Shown here piece by piece: positions 35,759 to 46,166 of a DNA stretch of 64,000 nucleotides. This stretch comes from Acidimicrobiaceae bacterium. Lineage in GTDB: Bacteria; Actinomycetota; Acidimicrobiia; Acidimicrobiales; Aldehydirespiratoraceae. Position 1 is the first letter of the stretch. Every line of letters begins with the position of its first letter. The notes below the pieces were generated by a model that searched no databases, was not told the DNA's origin, and saw only the letters and a program-made list of their open reading frames with translations. The stretch covers positions 194,026-258,025 of the forward strand of contig VYFQ01000014.1 in assembly GCA_009842325.1 (NCBI GenBank), read 5' to 3'. The translations under genes were made by a program, and so were the position numbers.

Positions 35759-36205
35759 TCAGGCCGGAGGCTCGCCTGCGCTGACTGCGCCGATCTCGGC
35801 CAGATAGGCAAGCTGCGCTTCGAGGATGCACACCACGTCCACCGGATCGGGGCCGCCCTCCTCCAGAGATCGGGCCACCACCGCGTCGCAGGCGGCGCCG
35901 GTGTCGGCCACGGCCATGTCGCCGACGGCCACCGCCGGGTCGCCGAGCTCCTGGCCGTAGGAGGTGGCCAGACCCACTGCCGCGAACCAGTCGAGATGCC
36001 AGCTCAGCACCGTCCTCACGTCGTCGTAGCTGATCCTGGCGGTTACCTCGCCGGGCAGGCGGTCGGCCACATAGGTGACCGCGTCGGCCAGCCGGTACAC
36101 CGACGGTGCTGTCTCCTGCTCAAGGCGTCCGACCGCGATCCCCACCGACACGAAGGCGATCACCACCACGGCAGCCAAGCCGACCGCAGCGATCAGCCAG
36201 ATCAC
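35759..36205 (-). CDS. Hypothetical N-terminally anchored protein
   Basis: MIWLIAAVGLAAVVVIAFVSVGIAV anchor. No family recognised. Confidence 0.45.
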   Translation of the reverse strand: MIWLIAAVGLAAVVVIAFVSVGIAVGRLEQETAPSVYRLADAVTYVADRLPGEVTARISYDDVRTVLSWHLDWFAAVGLATSYGQELGDPAVAVGDMAVADTGAACDAVVARSLEEGGPDPVDVVCILEAQLAYLAEIGAVSAGEPPA

Positions 36206-36247
36206 GGCAAGATCCCTCCGGAAGGGGTCTCCAATGGACCGGGGCCC

Positions 36248-37363
36248 CTACAAGCCGATGCGCTGGGCCAGCAGCTCCCGGTGGTAGGTGGGATCGCCGA
36301 AGAGGAGCTCGGAACTCTTGGCCCGCTTGAAGTAGAGGTGCGCGGGGTGCTCCCAGGTGAAGCCGATCCCTCCGTGGATCTGGATGTTCTCGGCCGCCGC
36401 GTGGAAATAGGCCTCCGAGCAGTAGCTCTTGGCCAGCGACGCAACTTGAGGCAGCTCGTCGTTCATCTCGGCCGCGCACCAGCCCGCGTAGTAGGCCGCG
36501 GACTTGGCCGACTCGACCTCCAGGAGCATGTCGGCACACTTGTGCTTGATCGCCTGGAACGAGCCGATGGGACGGCCGAACTGCACCCGGACCTTGGCGT
36601 ACTCCACCGACATGTCCAGGCAGCGCTGCGCGCCGCCCACCTGCTCGGCCGCCAGAGCCACCGCAGCCAGGTCAAGCACGGTCTCCAGCACCGGCCAGCC
36701 CTGCCCCTCGGCACCGACGAGGGTGGCCTCCACCCCCTCGAAGGTGAGCTTGGCCTGCTTGCGGGTCTGGTCCATGGTCGACAGCGGCGTGCGGGTGAGA
36801 CCCGGCGCGTCGGGATCGACGGTGAACAGCGAGACGCCGCCGCCGGTGCGGGCCGCCACGATCACCAGGTTGGCGGTATGGCCGTCGAGGACATACATCT
36901 TGACGCCGTCGAGCCTCCACGAACCGTTGTCCGGTGAGGCCACCATGGTGATCCCGGGCTCGTCCCAGCGGCCGTTCTGCTCGGTGAAGGCCAGCGTGGC
37001 CCTGGTCTCGCCTGAGGCGATGCCGGGCAGATGAGCCTGCTTGGCCGCTTCGTCGTCGGAGTGCGCCAGCGTGTTGGCAGCCAGCACGGCGGAGGAGAAG
37101 TACGGCGCGCAGAGCAGGGCCCGACCCATCTCCTCCAGCACGACCACCTGCTCCACGCAGGTGAAGCCTTGGCCGCCGTAGGCCTCGGGGATCGTCAGGG
37201 CGGGGAGGCCCATCTGATCTGACATCTGGGCCCAGACGTCGGGGTCGAAGCCGCGCTCGGTGTCCATCTGCTCGCGTACCGCGGACTCGGGCGACTTCTC
37301 CTCAAGGAAGCTGCGGACGAATTCTCGGAGTTGCTCCTGCTCGTCGGTGAATGCGAAGTTCAC
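36248..37363 (-). CDS. Acyl-CoA dehydrogenase
   Basis: (V)NFAFTDEQEQLREFVRSFLEE..., C-terminal QIHGGIGFTWEHPAHLYFKRA. GTG start at 37363. The upstream ORF extension was rejected. Confidence 0.85.
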   Translation of the reverse strand: MNFAFTDEQEQLREFVRSFLEEKSPESAVREQMDTERGFDPDVWAQMSDQMGLPALTIPEAYGGQGFTCVEQVVVLEEMGRALLCAPYFSSAVLAANTLAHSDDEAAKQAHLPGIASGETRATLAFTEQNGRWDEPGITMVASPDNGSWRLDGVKMYVLDGHTANLVIVAARTGGGVSLFTVDPDAPGLTRTPLSTMDQTRKQAKLTFEGVEATLVGAEGQGWPVLETVLDLAAVALAAEQVGGAQRCLDMSVEYAKVRVQFGRPIGSFQAIKHKCADMLLEVESAKSAAYYAGWCAAEMNDELPQVASLAKSYCSEAYFHAAAENIQIHGGIGFTWEHPAHLYFKRAKSSELLFGDPTYHRELLAQRIGL

Positions 37364-37460
37364 GTGGGACTCTCCTGGGAGTGGTGTGAGGGCCAGCTGT
37401 GAGGCCAAGCTATCGGGGCTGAAGGGCCGTAGTGCCCGCTGCGCGCCGTAGGATTTCAGC

Positions 37461-38215
<755 letters not shown>

Positions 38216-38219
<4 letters not shown>

Positions 38220-39463
38220 GCAACGGCGGCAGAGACCGGTTCGCAGCCGCGACGAAGGCGCAGTTCCCGCTACTGGAGCGTCAGGTCCACGGCCGGCCCA
38301 TCGTCTACCTGGACTCGGCCGCTTCGTCGCAGAAGCCCCGCTGCGTGCTGGACGCCATGAACAGCTACTACGAGACGATCAACGCCAACGTCCACCGGGG
38401 AGCCTACGAGATCGCGGCCCAGGCCACCGAGGCCATGGAGGCGGCCCGAGCGGGGGTCGCCCGGTTCGTGAACGCGCCGTCCGCCGACGAGATCGTCTTC
38501 ACCAAGAACGTCACGGAGGCCATCAACCTCGTGGCCCGTTCGTGGGGCGGGGCCAACCTCGGGCCGGGTGACGCCGTGGTGATCACCGAGATGGAGCACC
38601 ACGCCAACATCGTTCCCTGGCACATCATGGCGGCGGAGAAGGGTTTCGAGCTCCGCTGGATCGGCGTCGAAGCCGACGGCCAGCTCGATCTCGCCAACCT
38701 GGACCGGCTCCTCGACGGGGCCAAGCTCCTGGGCGTGACCGCCATGAGCAACGTGCTGGGAACGCTCAACCCGATCCGCCGGCTGGCCGACGCCGCCCAT
38801 GACGCCGGAGCGCTGATGCTGGTGGACGCGGCCCAGTACGTGCCCCACCTTCCGACCGACGTGCAGGCTCTGGGGGCCGACTTTCTGGGTTTCACCGGCC
38901 ACAAGATGTGCGGACCGACCGGCATCGGGGTGTTGTGGGCCCGAGCCGAGTTGCTGGAGGCGATGCCGCCGTTCCTCGGCGGCGGCGAGATGATCCTGGA
39001 CGTGCGCAAGGACGGCTTCCTGCCGAACCACATCCCCCACAAGTTCGAGGCCGGAACCCCGCCAATCGCCGAGATCGTCGGGCTCGGTGCCGCGGTCCAG
39101 TACCTCGACGGCCTGGGAATGGACCGGGTGCGCGAGCACGAGGTCAGCCTCACGGCCTACGCGCTGCGCACGCTCGAGGAGCGCTACGGCTCCCAGCTCG
39201 CGGTGCACGGCCCGTCCGAACCGGCCTGCCGGGGCGGCGTGCTGTCGATGAGCTTCCGGGACATCCACCCCCACGACCTGTCGCAGGTGCTGGACGACCG
39301 CGGCGTGTGCGTGCGGGCCGGCCATCACTGCGCCAAGCCGCTGATGCGGCACCTCGGGGTGCCGGCCACGACCCGGGCGTCGCTCTACGTGTACAACGAC
39401 ACGTCTGACGTGGACGCCCTGGCCGACGCGCTCGGCGTCGCCGGCGAGTTCTTCGCCAGGTAG
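38216..39463 (+). CDS. sufS: Cysteine desulfurase, SufS type
   Basis: ATGA overlap with sufC. VYLDSAASSQKP, INANVHRG, GHKMCGPTGIG, RAGHHCAKPL. Confidence 0.9.
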
Positions 39464-39475
39464 CGGGAGCGCGCC

Positions 39476-39964
39476 ATGGCCGGGCTGGAGGACCTGTACC
39501 GCGAGATCATCCTCGACCACTACCGCAACCCCCGCAACCGCGGCGAGCTGGAGGTGCCGCCCGCCGTCCAGGCGGTGGGCTTCAACCCGCTGTGCGGAGA
39601 CGAGGTGATCGTCTACGTGGACGTGCAGGACGGCGTGATCACCGACGTGTCCACCGGCGGCCAGGGATGCTCGATCAGCCAGTCGTCGGCATCGATGATG
39701 TCCACCGCAATCAAGGGCCGCAGCGTGGCGGAGGCGCGGCGTATGGTGCGGGCCTTCAAGCACATGATGTCCATCCACGGCACCGGGATCGGCGGCACCG
39801 GCGACGACCTGGACGACGACGGTGACAGCGGCAACGGCGCCGGCGACGTCAAGCTCGGCGACCTGGAGGCCCTGCGCGGCGTGGTCAAGTTCCCGGTGCG
39901 CATCAAGTGCGCCACACTGTCGTGGAACACCCTGGTGCAAGCCCTCGACGAGACCTTCGCCTAA
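39476..39964 (+). CDS. sufU: SUF-system Fe-S scaffold/sulfur acceptor, SufU (NifU-like)
   Basis: LYREIILDHYRNPRNRG, NPLCGDE, GQGCSISQSSASMM, KCATLSW. Confidence 0.85.
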   Translation: MAGLEDLYREIILDHYRNPRNRGELEVPPAVQAVGFNPLCGDEVIVYVDVQDGVITDVSTGGQGCSISQSSASMMSTAIKGRSVAEARRMVRAFKHMMSIHGTGIGGTGDDLDDDGDSGNGAGDVKLGDLEALRGVVKFPVRIKCATLSWNTLVQALDETFA

Positions 39965-39984
39965 CAGTCGAGCGGCCTCCCGAG

Positions 39985-42753
39985 CTAGTCCCGGGCCAAG
40001 AGGTCCTTAATGGCCTCGCCGTAAGCGGCCAGCTTGGCGGGACCGATGCCCGAAACTGCCAGCAAGGCATCGTCGGTGTCGGGGCGACATCGGGCCAACT
40101 CGCGAAGCGTGGAATCGGAGAAGACCACGTAAGCGGGAACGCCGTCGGCCTTGCTTCGCTCCAGACGCCACTGCCTTAGGCGCTCGAAGGCGGCTGCGGC
40201 GTCGGGCTCGAGCGCCTCGTCGATGGGGCTGCTCTGTGCTCTAGAGGACGCTCTGGGAGCGTCGCGCCGCGCGGGCGGGGACGGTTCGGCGGATTCTGGA
40301 AGGCGGGCTTGGACCGGGCGGGCTCGTGGGTCCATGGGCTCGAGCTCGGAGCGCCAGGACATATCGGTGATGAAGCGGGATTTCGGGCCGTCGGCGACGA
40401 CCAGCACGGACTCCGAGCCGCGGGTGATGGCCACGTGGAACACGCGGCGCTCCTCCTCGATGTCACTGGCCAGCCGATGCGGCATCAGGCCCTCGGTGGC
40501 CGACAGGACGATCACGTGGGGCCACTCCAGGCCCTTGACCCGGTGCACGGTGGCCAGGCGCACGCCCCGGCCCCATGACGGGCGTCCGAGCCGGGCGTCG
40601 TCCTCGTCGCCGTCAGCGCGACCGTCGGTCAGGCGACCCCGCAGCCAGTCCTCGAAAGCCTCCGGGTCACCGCAGTGCGGCGCCACCGACATCAGGGCTC
40701 GTAGGTCGTCGCCGTGGGCGGACCGGTCCACCGAACGGCGGGAGGCGTCGAGTCGCTCGTCGAGGCTGGCGCCGAGTTGTGTCCCGTCCCGTACCGCCTC
40801 CAGCAGGCGCAGCGTGTCAGCGCCTTCGCGGGCCAAGTCCCCAAGGCGCTCCACGTCGTCAGCGAAGTCCTCCACCCGCTGGGCGGTCCGCTCGTCGGAG
40901 ATGCGTCCGGCCAGCCGGCGCAGCGCTCCCACGTTGCGCTGCTCGGCTATCCACTCGACCACCCTCGGAGAGATGCCTCGGGGCGGGCGTCGGGCCGCTG
41001 TGGCCAGCGCGGCTGCTGGCAGCTGAGCCGTTCCGGCCGTTGCCAGCCGGAGCCACGCCAGCGCGGCGGCGACTCCGGTGCGCTCCAGAAACCATGGGCC
41101 GACGGGCGTCATGCAGTCGATTCCGGCTTCCGACAGCAGGATCTGAGGGGCCAGCAGCGTGCTGTTGACTCTGGTCAGCACGGCGATGTCCTCGGCTCTG
41201 ACTCCGTCGTCCATGAGGCTCCGCACTCGATCAACCACAGCCGAGCCGCCGTCGCGTACGGATCTCACGTCAACCTGGCGGTCGCCCGAAGCGGACGGGT
41301 GACCCAGACGGGGCTGGATGTCTTTGGCGATGCGGTGGCGGTTGTGCGACAGCAGGTTGGTGGCGGCCTCGACCGCGGCGGGCGGGCAGCGGTAGTTGAC
41401 TCCGAGCAGGTGGCGGGCCGCGCCGGGGAAGAAGCGCTCGTACTCGATGAGCCAGCGGGGCGAGGCGCCGGAGTAGCCGTAGATGGTCTGGTCGTCGTCG
41501 CCCACGCCGAATACGTCGCCTCTCGGACCGGCCAGCAGGCGGATCATCAGCAGGTGGGCGGGGGTGAGGTCCTGGAACTCGTCGACCAGAAGCACGCCAC
41601 ACACCCGGCGGGCCGCGGCCCGGGCGGCCGGATCGGTCAGCAGCACATCTATGGCCCGGATGATCTGGTGGTCGAAGTCGACTACGCCCCGCTCGACCAG
41701 TGCCTCGGCGTAGGCCGGGGCCAGCTCGGCGAAGCCGTCAACGTCGGGGGCGTAGTCCCGCTCGACCTCGGCCGGGTCCCGCAGCCCGAGGCGGGACGCG
41801 CTGAGCGCCTCCACCCACGGAGCCAGCGGGTCGGTCATGGCCCGCCTGCGCTTGCGGGGAGCCCGCTCCCCCACCAAGTCGTGCAGCAGGTTCCGAACCT
41901 CCCGCTCACCTATGACCTCTACCCGGTCGTGGCCCGTGGGTCGGGCGAATCGCCCGGCGCCGTTGCACACCGCCAGCGCCAGGCTGTTGAGGGTCCGCAC
42001 CTCCAGGCCGGGTAGGTCGGCGGTGCGCTCCTGCATCTCGGCCCGGGCCCGCACGTTGTAGGCGACGAGGCACACAGCGGACGGCGCCACGCCCAGGTCC
42101 CGCACCAACCACCGGGCCCGCTCGGTGAGCACCCGGGTCTTGCCCGACCCCGCCGGCGCCACGATGCAGGCCCCTCCCCCGAGGTGGCCCACCGCCCGCC
42201 GCTGGTCCGGCGCCAGATCGGCCACGGGTTCGCAGCTCCGCAGCCCGCCTAGGGAACCCGCGGCGAGGTTGGCCGCCGGGATCAGCGCCGCGCCGTCCAA
42301 CTCCGAGGCACCGAATGAGTCCAACGGACCGCCGTCGCACCACATGCTCCCAGCCTCGATAGCCACATCGCCGGGCTTGTCCCCCGGCATGGGACGGGCA
42401 CCAGCCTCCAGGGCGCGGTCGCGGGGGGCGAATCGCAGCCGGTCGGGATCTCGTGCGTCCACTGCGTTGGCCGTAAGCAGGTGGTGCCATACCTCGTCGG
42501 GCAGCGTCAGTCCCGGCCCCAGCTCCCACCAAGGCTTCTCCAAGGCTGGGCGGGCACCGGGCAGCGGGCCGTCCAGCTCGATCACCAGCCGCTCGCGCCC
42601 GTGCCACGCCGCCCGCAGCCGCCGACCTACTGAGGCGTCCAATGACGCTGTCTCCACCCGCACGCGGGGGCAGGCCTCCCACGGCGCGGGCGGAGGCTGA
42701 CCGGGCGACACCAGCACGCTGCGACCAAGGCAGTCCGGCCCCGATGGCGTCAT
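39985..42753 (-). CDS. UvrD/PcrA-family helicase with a ~200-aa unknown N-terminal region and a C-terminal HRDC domain
   Basis: Walker A is IVAPAGSGKTRVLTER. VDEFQDLTP. TVHRVKGLEWPHV. HRDC-like LRQWRLERSKADGVPAYVVFSDSTLRELA...GIGPAKLAAYG. ATG 42753 overlaps the upstream stop (ATGA). Confidence 0.8.
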   Translation of the reverse strand: MTPSGPDCLGRSVLVSPGQPPPAPWEACPRVRVETASLDASVGRRLRAAWHGRERLVIELDGPLPGARPALEKPWWELGPGLTLPDEVWHHLLTANAVDARDPDRLRFAPRDRALEAGARPMPGDKPGDVAIEAGSMWCDGGPLDSFGASELDGAALIPAANLAAGSLGGLRSCEPVADLAPDQRRAVGHLGGGACIVAPAGSGKTRVLTERARWLVRDLGVAPSAVCLVAYNVRARAEMQERTADLPGLEVRTLNSLALAVCNGAGRFARPTGHDRVEVIGEREVRNLLHDLVGERAPRKRRRAMTDPLAPWVEALSASRLGLRDPAEVERDYAPDVDGFAELAPAYAEALVERGVVDFDHQIIRAIDVLLTDPAARAAARRVCGVLLVDEFQDLTPAHLLMIRLLAGPRGDVFGVGDDDQTIYGYSGASPRWLIEYERFFPGAARHLLGVNYRCPPAAVEAATNLLSHNRHRIAKDIQPRLGHPSASGDRQVDVRSVRDGGSAVVDRVRSLMDDGVRAEDIAVLTRVNSTLLAPQILLSEAGIDCMTPVGPWFLERTGVAAALAWLRLATAGTAQLPAAALATAARRPPRGISPRVVEWIAEQRNVGALRRLAGRISDERTAQRVEDFADDVERLGDLAREGADTLRLLEAVRDGTQLGASLDERLDASRRSVDRSAHGDDLRALMSVAPHCGDPEAFEDWLRGRLTDGRADGDEDDARLGRPSWGRGVRLATVHRVKGLEWPHVIVLSATEGLMPHRLASDIEEERRVFHVAITRGSESVLVVADGPKSRFITDMSWRSELEPMDPRARPVQARLPESAEPSPPARRDAPRASSRAQSSPIDEALEPDAAAAFERLRQWRLERSKADGVPAYVVFSDSTLRELARCRPDTDDALLAVSGIGPAKLAAYGEAIKDLLARD

Positions 42754-43523
42754 GGCCCGGTCGCGGTGCCGAGGCGGCGCATCGCCGCTAGCACCTGGTC
42801 GGGGCGGTGGCAGCGGCCGTAGTCGAAACCGGCCCGGATGCAGATCTCCAGCAGCTCGTCGTGCTGATCCGTCTGCTTCCACGGCAACGGCAGGTACACC
42901 GGCAGCCCGAAGGCTCGCAACGCTTCGAGGTTCTCGTAGACCCGCTTCTGGTACCGGTAGCGGTCGGCCCAATCCCAGTCGGGCGGGCCGAAGCCGGTCC
43001 CCGGATCCAGGATCAGCCGGCTGCGCTCGATGCCCGCGCCCAGCCAGCACTGCAGCGACCGGTCGAACCACTTGCAGATCACCTCGACCGGATCGCCGAT
43101 CACAGGCCTGGATGCCTTGGGGTCAGCGCCCCAGACGAAGGGCGCCACCACCGGCACGTCCCGCCGGGCGGCAAGCCGCACCATTTCCGGGTTCTGGAGT
43201 CCGTCGGCCGCGTTGATCATCGTGGCGCCGCAGTCAAGAGCCCGTCGCATGATCTCCGGCTGCCACGAGTCCACGGAGAGTTGCGCCCCGCGCGATTCGC
43301 ACAACTCGGCCAGCGCTTGGACCTTGCCGTCGATGCGCCGCCATTCGGCCTCGACATCCACCCGATCGGCGAACTGCGTGGAGCCCGCGCCGCCGAGATC
43401 GATGCCCACGCAGCCCTGATCGAGCAGTTGGGCAGCCCGGGCCACCGCGCCCTCGACCGTTGTGGCCACCGAGAAGTCGGCCAGCGAATCCGGCGAAGCA
43501 TTGACGACGCCGTGCAGACTCAT
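42750..43523 (-). CDS. Dihydropteroate synthase-like pterin-binding protein (divergent, FolP2-like)
   Basis: VNASPDSLADFS, SVDSWQPEIMRRAL, GATMINAADG, LDPGTGFG. ATG at 43523. Confidence 0.65.
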   Translation of the reverse strand: MSLHGVVNASPDSLADFSVATTVEGAVARAAQLLDQGCVGIDLGGAGSTQFADRVDVEAEWRRIDGKVQALAELCESRGAQLSVDSWQPEIMRRALDCGATMINAADGLQNPEMVRLAARRDVPVVAPFVWGADPKASRPVIGDPVEVICKWFDRSLQCWLGAGIERSRLILDPGTGFGPPDWDWADRYRYQKRVYENLEALRAFGLPVYLPLPWKQTDQHDELLEICIRAGFDYGRCHRPDQVLAAMRRLGTATGP

Positions 43524-43616
43524 TGCCGGTGCGTGATCCGCCACGCCCGGCAGTGTCGCACGACGCCGCTGCCATCCCACCCGGTGTTGAGGAGCGTGCG
43601 CGTTAGAGTCGCCCGC

Positions 43617-44615
43617 GTGAGCGATCTGCCGCCGGCCGACTGGTACACCGACCCGGAGGACGAGTCGCAGTACCGCTACTGGGACGGGTCGACGTGGACC
43701 GAGCACCGGGCCCCCCGCCACAGCCAGCCGGATGGCGAGACGGAGTCCGGCCCGGGCCAGTTGCGCCGTCCGGGGCGGCTGATCGCCGAGATGCTCTCGA
43801 TGACCCGCCGGCGGTGGCGGAGTTGCGCTACGGCGGCCCTCATTTACCTGGCCGCACAAGTGGCCATGGTGGTACTGCTGCTCATAGCCGGCAACGACAT
43901 CTTGATGGGCGAGCTGGGTGAGATCTGGGACAGGGTCAGCGACCCCAACTTCGATCCGGAGGCGCCCGAGCAGACGGCCTACTTCGAATCGCTGGAGGTG
44001 GATCTCTCGCTCGTGAACTTCGTGCCGATCGTGCTGGGCATCGTTGCCGTGTGGGTTGGGAGCAACGTGCTGCAGGCGGCGGTGACGCGCGTCGCGCTGA
44101 ACGACCTACGAGGCCGGACTCTGACAGGGTCGGATGCGCTCAGACGCGCCATTGGCCGGGTCCCACGGCTGATGGGCCTCGATCTCCAGGTGGCCGCCAT
44201 CTTCCTGATTGCGGTGGTTGCCGTAATCGTCGGGGCTGTCTTTGCGCCTGTGCTGTTGATACCGCTGATACCGGCGTTCATCGTTGGCGCCGTCTATTTC
44301 ACGGTGGTGATGTCGCTGGCTTTCGCATACGCCTCGGTCGGGCCGGCCACACCATCACTCGCCTATGGTGCCCGCCTCGTGCGGGGACGGTTCTGGGGGA
44401 CGCTGGGTCGGATGCTGCTCATCTTCGTGGTGCTGACGGCCGTCACCCTGGCGGTCGGACTGGTGTTCACCCTGGCGGGGTCCTCGGCGCTGACGTTCCA
44501 GTTGGTGTCGCAACTGGTGCAGACGGTCGTCGGAACGGCCGTCACGGTCGTGGGCATGATCGCGGTGGCGATCATCTACCACGACCTGGGAGGCGAGTCA
44601 GACGAGGGCGCCTAG
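43617..44615 (+). CDS. DUF2510-type N-terminal domain fused to a polytopic membrane domain
   Basis: [27 protein letters not shown], then 5-6 hydrophobic helices. Start uncertain (GTG 43617 or 43596). Confidence 0.55.
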   Translation: MSDLPPADWYTDPEDESQYRYWDGSTWTEHRAPRHSQPDGETESGPGQLRRPGRLIAEMLSMTRRRWRSCATAALIYLAAQVAMVVLLLIAGNDILMGELGEIWDRVSDPNFDPEAPEQTAYFESLEVDLSLVNFVPIVLGIVAVWVGSNVLQAAVTRVALNDLRGRTLTGSDALRRAIGRVPRLMGLDLQVAAIFLIAVVAVIVGAVFAPVLLIPLIPAFIVGAVYFTVVMSLAFAYASVGPATPSLAYGARLVRGRFWGTLGRMLLIFVVLTAVTLAVGLVFTLAGSSALTFQLVSQLVQTVVGTAVTVVGMIAVAIIYHDLGGESDEGA

Positions 44616-44902
44616 CCGCTGGCCGCGTCGACGCGCTCGATGAAGTCGCGGTCCCGGGCCGAGAGGCCGCCCACATCGTGGCTGGTGATGGCCAGCTCTA
44701 CCTTGTTGTAGACGTTGGACCACTCGGGGTGATGGAAGAGCCGCTCGGCGATCAGCGCCACATGGGCCATGAACGCGAACGCGGCCCGGAAGTCGGCGAA
44801 CACATACGAGCGGCGCAGCACGTTGCCGTCGCGGCGCCACTCGGGATGCTCGGCCAGCACCTCCGCGATCTCGGCCTCAGTCAGCAGGTCCTTGTTGCTC
44901 AT
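44612..44902 (-). CDS. 4a-hydroxytetrahydrobiopterin (pterin-4a-carbinolamine) dehydratase
   Basis: [42 protein letters not shown]. Confidence 0.8.
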   Translation of the reverse strand: MSNKDLLTEAEIAEVLAEHPEWRRDGNVLRRSYVFADFRAAFAFMAHVALIAERLFHHPEWSNVYNKVELAITSHDVGGLSARDRDFIERVDAASG

Positions 44903-44947
44903 GGGCCTCGATGATATTGGGCGTCGATCGGCGCCGGGTGTCGAGGT

Positions 44948-45751
44948 CTACGTCAGCAGGTCGGCGAACGGGTCTCCGAAGGGATCGGTGAAGGGGGTGG
45001 CGTCCGCGTCCGAGTCCGGCTGCGGTACGGCCCCGGTCCAGCGCTCGTAGCCCTCAGCTTCCAGCTCGTCGGCCAACTCAGACCCGCCGGACTCCTGTAT
45101 TCGACCGCCGGCGAACACATGCACCGAATCCGGCCTGAGATGAGCGAAGACCCGGCTGTAGTGGGTTATGGCCAGCACGCCGAGCCCATCATGCTCGGTG
45201 GCTTCCTCGATGCGGCCGGCCACCAGCCTCAACGCGTCCACGTCGAGGCCGGAGTCGAGCTCGTCGATCACCGCGAAGGCCGGCTTCAGCACGCCGAGCT
45301 GCAGGGCCTCGTTGCGCTTGCGCTCCCCTCCCGAGAGATCCACGTTCACCGGGCGCTGCAGGAACTGCTCGTCGAGGCCGATTCGGCTGGCCTCGGAACG
45401 CATCTGCTCGCCGACGGCGGCACCCTCGGGGGTGCACACCGACTCGGTGAGCATGTCGAGCAGCGAGACGCCGGGAACCTCGGTGGGATACTGCATGGCC
45501 AGGAACAGGCCCGCCTCGGCCCGCCGCCACGCCGGCATTCCCAGCAGTTCCGTGCCGTCTAGGCGGACCGAGCCGTCGAGCACGTCATAGCCGCCCCGCC
45601 CAGCGACCACGTGGGCCAGGGTCGACTTGCCCGACCCGTTGGGTCCCATCACCGCGTGCACCTCGCCCGCGGCTACCTCCAGGTCGACGCCGGTCAGGAT
45701 CTCGCGGCCCGCCACCGACGCCCGCAGGCCCTCGATCACCAGCGTGCTCAC
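44948..45751 (-). CDS. sufC: Fe-S cluster assembly ATPase SufC (copy 2) with an acidic C-terminal extension
   Basis: GPNGSGKSTL, DLSGGERKRNEALQ, VIDELDSGLDVDAL. GTG start at 45751. Confidence 0.85.
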   Translation of the reverse strand: MSTLVIEGLRASVAGREILTGVDLEVAAGEVHAVMGPNGSGKSTLAHVVAGRGGYDVLDGSVRLDGTELLGMPAWRRAEAGLFLAMQYPTEVPGVSLLDMLTESVCTPEGAAVGEQMRSEASRIGLDEQFLQRPVNVDLSGGERKRNEALQLGVLKPAFAVIDELDSGLDVDALRLVAGRIEEATEHDGLGVLAITHYSRVFAHLRPDSVHVFAGGRIQESGGSELADELEAEGYERWTGAVPQPDSDADATPFTDPFGDPFADLLT

Positions 45752-45800
45752 GAAACGTCCCCGTCCTCGATCACGAGGGTGCTCACGAAGCGTCCCCGCC
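45731..45800. repeat. 35 bp tandem duplication (31/35 identical) of the Rieske-stop/sufC-start junction
   Basis: 45731-45765 is ctcgatcaccagcgtgctcacgaaacgtccccgtc. 45766-45800 is ctcgatcacgagggtgctcacgaagcgtccccgcc. Confidence 0.9.
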
Positions 45801-46121
45801 CGAGCCCGCATCGAGCTTCAGCAACACCATTCCGTCCACCACCGACACCTCGTAGGTCGGCACGGCCCGGGTCGCCGGCAGCGACAATGGTTCCCCGGTC
45901 TCCAGATCGAACATAGCCCCGTGGGCCACGCACTCGATAGCGCAGTCGTCGGGCTCCACCCAGCCCTCCGACAGCGAGACCTCGGCGTGGGAGCAGGTGT
46001 CACCGATGGCGTACACGTCGTCGCCTATGCGAACCACCGCTATCTCGCGGCCCTCCACCTCGACCCGCCGCGCTGAGTCGGTCTCGATCTCGTCCAGGGG
46101 GAACAGCTCGTGGGTCGTCAT
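45783..46121 (-). CDS. Rieske [2Fe-2S] ferredoxin-like protein within the suf cluster
   Basis: CSHAEVSL...CVAHGAMF Rieske ligand motifs. Confidence 0.8.
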   Translation of the reverse strand: MTTHELFPLDEIETDSARRVEVEGREIAVVRIGDDVYAIGDTCSHAEVSLSEGWVEPDDCAIECVAHGAMFDLETGEPLSLPATRAVPTYEVSVVDGMVLLKLDAGSGGDAS

Positions 46122-46166
46122 TGTGGAGTCTCCGATCTCGAACAGTCTGCCTCGGCCGTCATGGCG

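Noticed and set aside
35515-35784. 89-aa plus-strand ORF in the long intergenic region
   Set aside because: No ribosome-binding site, Pro/Ser/Gly-rich translation, and it overlaps the 3' end of the neighbouring minus-strand gene. The region was treated as non-coding.
38270-39940. 556-aa minus-strand ORF antisense to sufS/sufU
   Set aside because: Shadow ORF opposite two well-supported suf genes.
42754-43071. N-terminal 106-codon extension of the helicase ORF
   Set aside because: It overlaps the DHPS-like gene out of frame. An ATG at 42753 forms an ATGA overlap with that gene's stop, matching the coupling pattern seen throughout the window.
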